Shown here one piece after another: positions 47,894 through 54,170 of a DNA stretch of 54,170 bases. This stretch comes from Chromera velia. Taxonomy: Eukaryota. Below the pieces are notes generated by a model. It saw only the letters and a program-made list of their open reading frames with translations. It ran no database searches and was not told where the DNA came from. The position numbers and the translations under genes are program-made. The stretch is taken from assembly GCA_018398765.1 (NCBI GenBank), contig JAHBMJ010000161.1:1-54170 (forward strand), in the 5' to 3' direction. How positions within the stretch are numbered: position 1 is the stretch's first letter; each line of letters begins with the position of its first letter.

Positions 47894-50800
47894 GGGGGGC
47901 GCTCTCTGCATTTATTCGAATGCCTCTCACTGCATGTATCCTGCTTGTCTGGAGTTTGAGGGAGAGCAGTTGTTAAGGACTCCTGACTGAAAAGAAACAA
48001 CAAAACTTGCGTAGAGGGAGGGTGCTTGGGTTGGCTGGCTTGCTGGGTGTTTGTTGATCTTATTGTCTTGTAGCGAACTCGACGAAAGAAGGTTCGCTCT
48101 CTCTCTGCCTGTTTTGTTTTGTTTGTGTTCATGCGATGATGTGTGTATGTACTTGAATGAGTTGCCTTTTCATGCAAATGAGTGAGGGAGCGGGAGGGGA
48201 TCAAAAGTGGCTGAAGTTCGGGGGTGCGTGTTGGAGGTGCGAGCGCATTTTCTTCGTCGAGCGAGCGAGCAGACAATGAACAGGGAGGGTGGGGCTGGCA
48301 CGGTCCGAGAGGCTGCAGGGGAAGGGGCCCATAGAGGAAGGGCAGAAAGAAAGAAAATCGTGTACGTGTTGAATGAGTGAGGGAATGAATGCACGGGGAG
48401 GGAGACTATTTGTGTTTGCTTGTTTGTGTTTTTCGTGGAGGCAGAAAGGGTTTTCTTCCTCTTTTTCCCCATCCCTCCTCTCATCTCGTCACCTCTGGCA
48501 GTCGCGCGAGGATTCAACAAGTCCTACTCTTTTTTCCCCTCTCTCCCTCTTCTCTTTCTTTCTTTGTGCATTCTTGCTTCCCTCCGTTTCTCTTTCCGTT
48601 TTCCTTGCACTGCAACTTCCGTTCTTTGCCTTCCCCCTTACCTCTCTCGTTCGCAGCAGCGTCGTCTGCCCCCCTACCTCATGGCAGGGGCACAGGGGGG
48701 GGGAGAGGAAGGCTAACGGTGCCATTTGTAGGCCGCGAAAGCGAAAACAAAATACGCAAGCACGCCAACAAAAAACAAGCAAAAGATCTGTCCCGCGGTG
48801 CAAAACCACCGCGTCTTTTCCTCCCGCCCTGCCTGCCTCTCTTACATTCCTCGCGCCGCATTCCTCTTCACTCGTTTCATCAAACAGCCACTTGAGCTTA
48901 CACGGGGAAGGAAACAAAGGGGGTGAAGCGAAATCGTCTTTTCTCGTGTCTTCCTCTCTATTCCTTGGCTTCCTTCGAACTGCATCCTTCGATCACCCAA
49001 GCTCTTTCTTTCTGTGTTTCTTTCTTTCTTTCTTTTCTGTCCTGTTAACTCCACTTCTGCCAACAAACAGATTGGCAGCTGGAAAAGAATCAACTTTCCA
49101 TCCACACTTTCCGCCCCCTCCACTGTTGTTGTCCCAGCCGCTCTCTCATCTACTTGTTCACTCACTGAATGCCTTCCACCTCCCCAACCACCCATAGGAC
49201 AGGACTTCCCTTACCGTGGTAACGTCATCATGCGAGACTCCCGACCCCGCCCTCCCCATTCCTTTCTTCGTCCATTTGACCATCTGCCTCCGTTGACTGG
49301 CTGGTTGTTCTCACGCTCGCTCGCTTGCTTACAGTCTTTTTGTGACGCTGTTGCCTTCCTTTCCCCTTCTTTCTTATCTTACCTGTTCTCTTTCCGTCTC
49401 AGCTGCCCTTCTTTCTTTCTTTCTTTCTCATTCTTGTTTCTCTCCCCCCTCTCTCTGTCTTCATCTCGATCACGCGCATCGAGTGAGAGGCCGTCTCGAT
49501 CCTCGATCAGTCTCTCTCGTATTCAAGGAGGAAAAACCGATAGCATCCCCGCCCCCCTTGGTTCCGCAATACACCCTTTTTGAAGGAAGGCACAGCGAAG
49601 GTGACCAACTGACAGATGTATAGTCGATCCGGCCTGTTGTCGCTCCCCCCTCTCTCCGGCCTGTTCTCCCTCCCCCCTCTCTCTGAACAGTCCGACCGTC
49701 GGGAGGACTCGAGAGTAGAGGGAGAAAGTAGTGAGCAAGCACGGAGGCAGGGAGGGAGGGAAGAGCAGGTGGAACAGAAGTGACGGGGAACGGTCGAACG
49801 GATGGAGGTGTAGGAGTCCAATGAAAGTCTCCATGCCAGATGGAGAAAGAAAGAGAAAACGAAACGAGAAAACGGGCAGACCGAAAGAAACCGTAACGCT
49901 CCTCATCTTCCCTCTTCAGTTGAAAAATCAGTTGTATGACAACAAAGCGGCCTTCCATCCATCTCTGCTCCCGTCGTGCCTTCGTTTCGCTCGTAATGCG
50001 CGCATTTTTTGTCATTTTCGTCCTGTCCCTGCTGACCCGCGAGCCCCCCCTTTCTCTCGACAGTCCAGTCTCCCACTCACCTCACGTCAAAGCTTTCATC
50101 CCCAAAATGTCTGCCAACTTTGTGCTCTGCTCTGTTCTCGGTTTCGATGACCTTGTCGCAGAACAAAAAACAAAAGAACCGACAGCTAGAAGAAGAAACG
50201 AGAGGCATGCACTCGGGCAGAGGGGGAAGTGCGGTATGATTAAAAGAAGCAAGTTCCCTCCTTTTCCCTTTCCGCCCAGTCGGTCCTGGTGTTGTTTGTG
50301 GACTCGCTCCTGCCTCAACGCCCGTCCGTCCCCCTCCATCTCTCCCTTGCAAGTGCGTTTGTTTGTTGCGTGCCTTTCCTATCCCAGGCAAGTAGCAGAA
50401 TGTGCCAGGCAGGGGAGATGACACGCCGCTTTTCGCCTGTCCGTCCAAACGAGTGGAATAGGGGTGGGTGGGTCGGTGAGTGGATGGATGCACTCTTTTT
50501 TCTGTCTGACTTCTCTATTTCCATCTCTTTCTCTGTGTGGTTGTCTTTTCTTTCTTTTTCTCCGGCTCTTTCGCTTTTTAAAAGATGGGGTAAGAATTAT
50601 GCAAGGGAGTAAAGAGGGACCAGGGGATTTAGGAAGAGTTGAGCAAGCAGTTTGTTTCAGTCAATGCCTTTACAGCTTCTTCTAGAAAGGGAAGGGAAAG
50701 GGTTAGCGGAGCGGCGTCATCGAAATGTCAGACCGGAAGGTGGGAAGGAAACTGTGGAGGGGCAAGCGGAGGGCGGCGAAGGGAGCGGGTGCATGGGTGT

Positions 50801-53619
50801 TTGTGTGCAGGAAATCAAAGCTAGGGATGTAGGTAAGAGAGAGACCCGCAAACCTTCCTTCCGTCTGACTTACAGGCTGTTGGCTTCCTTGCTCGCTTTT
50901 TCTTCTCAATCTTCCTTTATATCTCATTCCCTCCATCGCCCTCTCTCCCTATTTGTCCCTATGTGAGTGAGAACCTTCTCTCTCCCCCTCTTGCTCTCTC
51001 ACAGAGTCTCTTTCTCCTCTCTCCTTCCCTTCCTCAAAGTTGTCTAAGTCCGATGAAATGGGTGAGTGGGTGGGAGACGGGAAGGGAAAAGAGAAAAGGG
51101 ACCCGTAAAAGGAAAGCAAAAGGGGGGGGAGATGGGGAGGAAAAATCTGCGACCCCCTTTCCTCTCCTGTCAGTGAATGGAGACTTGAGGGGGATATGCA
51201 AAACTCTGCCTGCATGAGTGAGCCAAGCGTGTGTTCAGTTCATGCCTTCCCTGTTTGAGTGAGTGGATGAGTGCGTAAATGAGTACATGAATGTATCTCT
51301 GTTCTCGAGTCCCGTGAACAATGAATGAATGAATGAAAGCAAGGAAGCGAAGATCTGCATGCGTGTCAATTGCATCGGTCGATGCACGCACATGCATGAA
51401 TGCACATGCACGTATTGAAAGGTCTTACAGGCAGGTAGCTAGAGAACCTCGGAGTTGGAAGAGAAGAAAGAAAGAGATGGATTTTTGTGTGCGTGAAAGA
51501 AAACGTACAGGCAGGGTGAAGGAAGGAAGAAAAGGGGAATCGAACTTTCAGTCAAACTAACGAGCGAATGAACTGTGTAGTCGCAGAGTCGAAAGACAAA
51601 AAAGGGAAATTCTGCCGCCGAGTGTTGAAGATGAAGTCGCTGACCGACGAAAAGAAGGCAAAGAAAGGGACTGAGACAAAAACTAACACAACAAGTGACC
51701 CGACGAGCAGGGAAGGGGGGAAGGGGNNNNNNNNNNNNNNNNNNNNNGGGGGGGGGGGGTGCTCAGAAGAAAAGCACCCTAACATCCATCGCAACGCAGG
51801 AAAAGGGAATCTGCGAGTGCGTGGCAGGAAGCGAAACAGCTGAGTGACAACGAAATCCGAAAAGCGAGAAAGGAGGAGGGGCACGGATGGAAGTCAGAGA
51901 GGGTGTGTCTCTCTCTGTTCGCCTTGACCGTCCCAGGGCACGTAGCATGCATGTGGTGGCACGGATGAATGCACAGGTAGACATGCAGGTAGACAAGAAC
52001 ACGAAGCCAGGGAGGTGTGTCATTCCTTTCTTCCTCAAAACAGCTTTCTTTCTGCATCGAGGGCATTGTCTTCCGTCCCTTACGAATCGCTCGGTTGGTT
52101 GACCACGGATTGGTCAGTCCGATATGCTGACTGACTAGACGTCTGACTGACCCACTTGCTGGCCGGCTGTTTTTGAAAGCAATTTATCGCTTGCCCTTGT
52201 GCGTCAGACAGAGAGAGAACAGGCCATCATGGGCTGTCGATTTGTCACGCACGCATGCGCCTAGCTGGCCCTGCATGTCATTTTTTCGTTCTCTGTCTGT
52301 CTGTCTGTCGATCTGATATGATGATAGACGAGGATTGACCGAGCGACTCCGCGTTTCTTCCTCATGAGGGGAGGAAGGAAGGAAGGAAGGAAGTTTAGAG
52401 CGGAAGAAATCAGCCGGCAAGACCCGCCGGAGAGCGGGCGAATGAATGCTTCTGCAGCTTCTGTCGGCAGAATGAAGGACCGACCTCCCTCCCTGGAGCA
52501 GCAGGAAAAAGAAAGAAACAAAGTTCCTAGCTGTCCGTGCTCGCCCAACTCGTTTACCTGGCTCCTGTATGTTCTCTTGTCTCCTCTCTGCCCCCCTTCT
52601 TTCTTTGGATTTCAGAGTCGTCTGACCCGTCACTGTGCATGAGGGGGATGGATGAAGGGTCGTCACGCATACTTCGATCGATCTCGCTGTTGTGCAGCGC
52701 TTGCAGCTGCACACCCTGCACTCACTCCATGCACCGTATTCTCGCCGGCAGTGTCCTGTGCGCATAATAGACAGAGTCATACCTACGGTCTTGTGCGCAA
52801 CTTTGATCGACTACCAAGAGTCATTAATTCCTGCCACATGTATGTCTGATGGATCGATTAATCGATCGAGCAGAGAAGCGCGACTCAGAGGCGGGGGCTA
52901 TCTCTAATGCACTGCTTACTTGCAGCCGGCCTGCGCCTCTAAATTTAAGCTCCCCAGTGGCGGGCAATTTTCGATGGGTGTTTTCTCTTCCAATAGTCCT
53001 TCACCGACCTGCTTGTATGTAAAGCGCGTGTTATCAGTCTTCAGATATGTTCATTATTCCTTTTAATGATCTGCTAAATAGGTTGGTTTCGAGGTTGATT
53101 GATCTAGTGATTATAATTGATGTTCTATACATTTAACGTTGAACCTTAGTATTAAACTTGAACTAAGTTTTCCATGGAATCAGACTGATTATATATAACC
53201 AATAATGTTACCAATTAATTTAGCAATTAATCCGATTAGTTTATGCATAACAAAACCCTCATGCAATCATCATTAGTTTATCATGCATTCATCATCATCA
53301 TCATACGCCATCGTTATATCGGCCTATAATAGGCGTAGGCCAGATAATAGGCGTCTAGCGTTCGGCAAATACAGGATTACAGGATTATATTGTGTTCAGG
53401 GCCGGAGCCCTAGACCTGTGTGCCAGTTATCTGACGTCCGCCTTACACCATATATTCATGCACATTACTCCACACCATACACGTATACATGCAATGACAC
53501 ATCTCATCACGACACATGAATTTCTTGCCTTGCACTTCAAAACCATTGCTACTGCCGACAAACATTGATGCAGGTGAATTACGGTCCCGGGATAATATTA
53601 AGTTATACTTGATTTTCTC

Positions 53620-53945
53620 TAACGAAGTGCGAGTGAAAGATAGAGTGACAGAAGGCAGGGGTGAAGCGATAGCATGCATCTTCTATTACTTTTGCGACCT
53701 TATACCTACGTGCAGAGCTTGTCTCTCTTGCTCTTTTCATCTAATAAAACATACCGATCAGATCGTCTACCTTGGAATGCGGCTCTCTGTTTCCTTTCCC
53801 TTTCTCTTCTTTGTCGTGGACTTCTGCGAGCTGTTCGGCAGTCACATCTCGAAAAGCATCCTTAAGTTCCTCTTTACATCTCTCCCACACTCTTTGTCTC
53901 ATCAAGATTCTTTTTATGAGTGTGTTCACATGGTAGTCTGCTTCA
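53620..53945 (-). pseudogene. Degenerate coding relic, possibly a Helitron Rep N-terminal region
   Basis: Reads ..FRDVTAEQLAEV..EE..KVDDLIGMFY*MKRARETSSARRYKVAKVIEDACYRF and, after a frameshift, LPSVTLSFT. This loosely resembles Helitron Rep (T.e.L...V..Ll...S..R...I.....fG.Ps.flTf). It has an in-frame stop and sits in an AT-rich block. Confidence 0.35.
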
Positions 53946-54170
53946 AATCACGATACACAATTAAGGCAGATTATGAAATGATGGACCCTGATTTGGCAAT
54001 ATTTGATAACTCGGCTACGAACTAGCTTAACAACCTAGTTAACAAGTAACTAATAACAACTACATTTGTTAATTCTCAATTTTTTCCACTTCTGGCAGGG
54101 CGTTGCTATGCGCTATCAAAGCGTGACTAGAAAGAAAATGAGAATTAAATAAATTGACTTAATCGAAAAT

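Overview
This is eukaryotic, intron-rich, microsatellite-rich DNA. A nuclear-encoded protein with bipartite plastid targeting, an oocyst-wall-like Cys-repeat gene and abundant TGCATGCA motifs point to a photosynthetic apicomplexan relative (a chromerid such as Chromera); this is inference. About 1.7-6.8 kb is an AT-rich transposon graveyard: two MITEs with 8-bp target-site duplications, an RLE-type retrotransposon 3' fragment and a second LINE 3' end with a structured UTR. Six genes follow as three head-to-head pairs: NAC-beta/BTF3 (-) with a PAP-fibrillin (+); an intronless methyltransferase::eEF2-like pseudo-GTPase fusion (-) with a large secreted Cys-repeat gene (+); a FAM161-like gene (-) with a 14-exon eIF4G-like gene (+). 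The best candidates for something new are the methyltransferase-eEF2 chimera, an eIF4G carrying PAM2 and a Paip1-like tail, all-transition (RIP-like) decay of the repeats, and frequent GTC 5' splice sites with (GTCA)n expansions. All family assignments come from motif recognition by eye; no searches were run.
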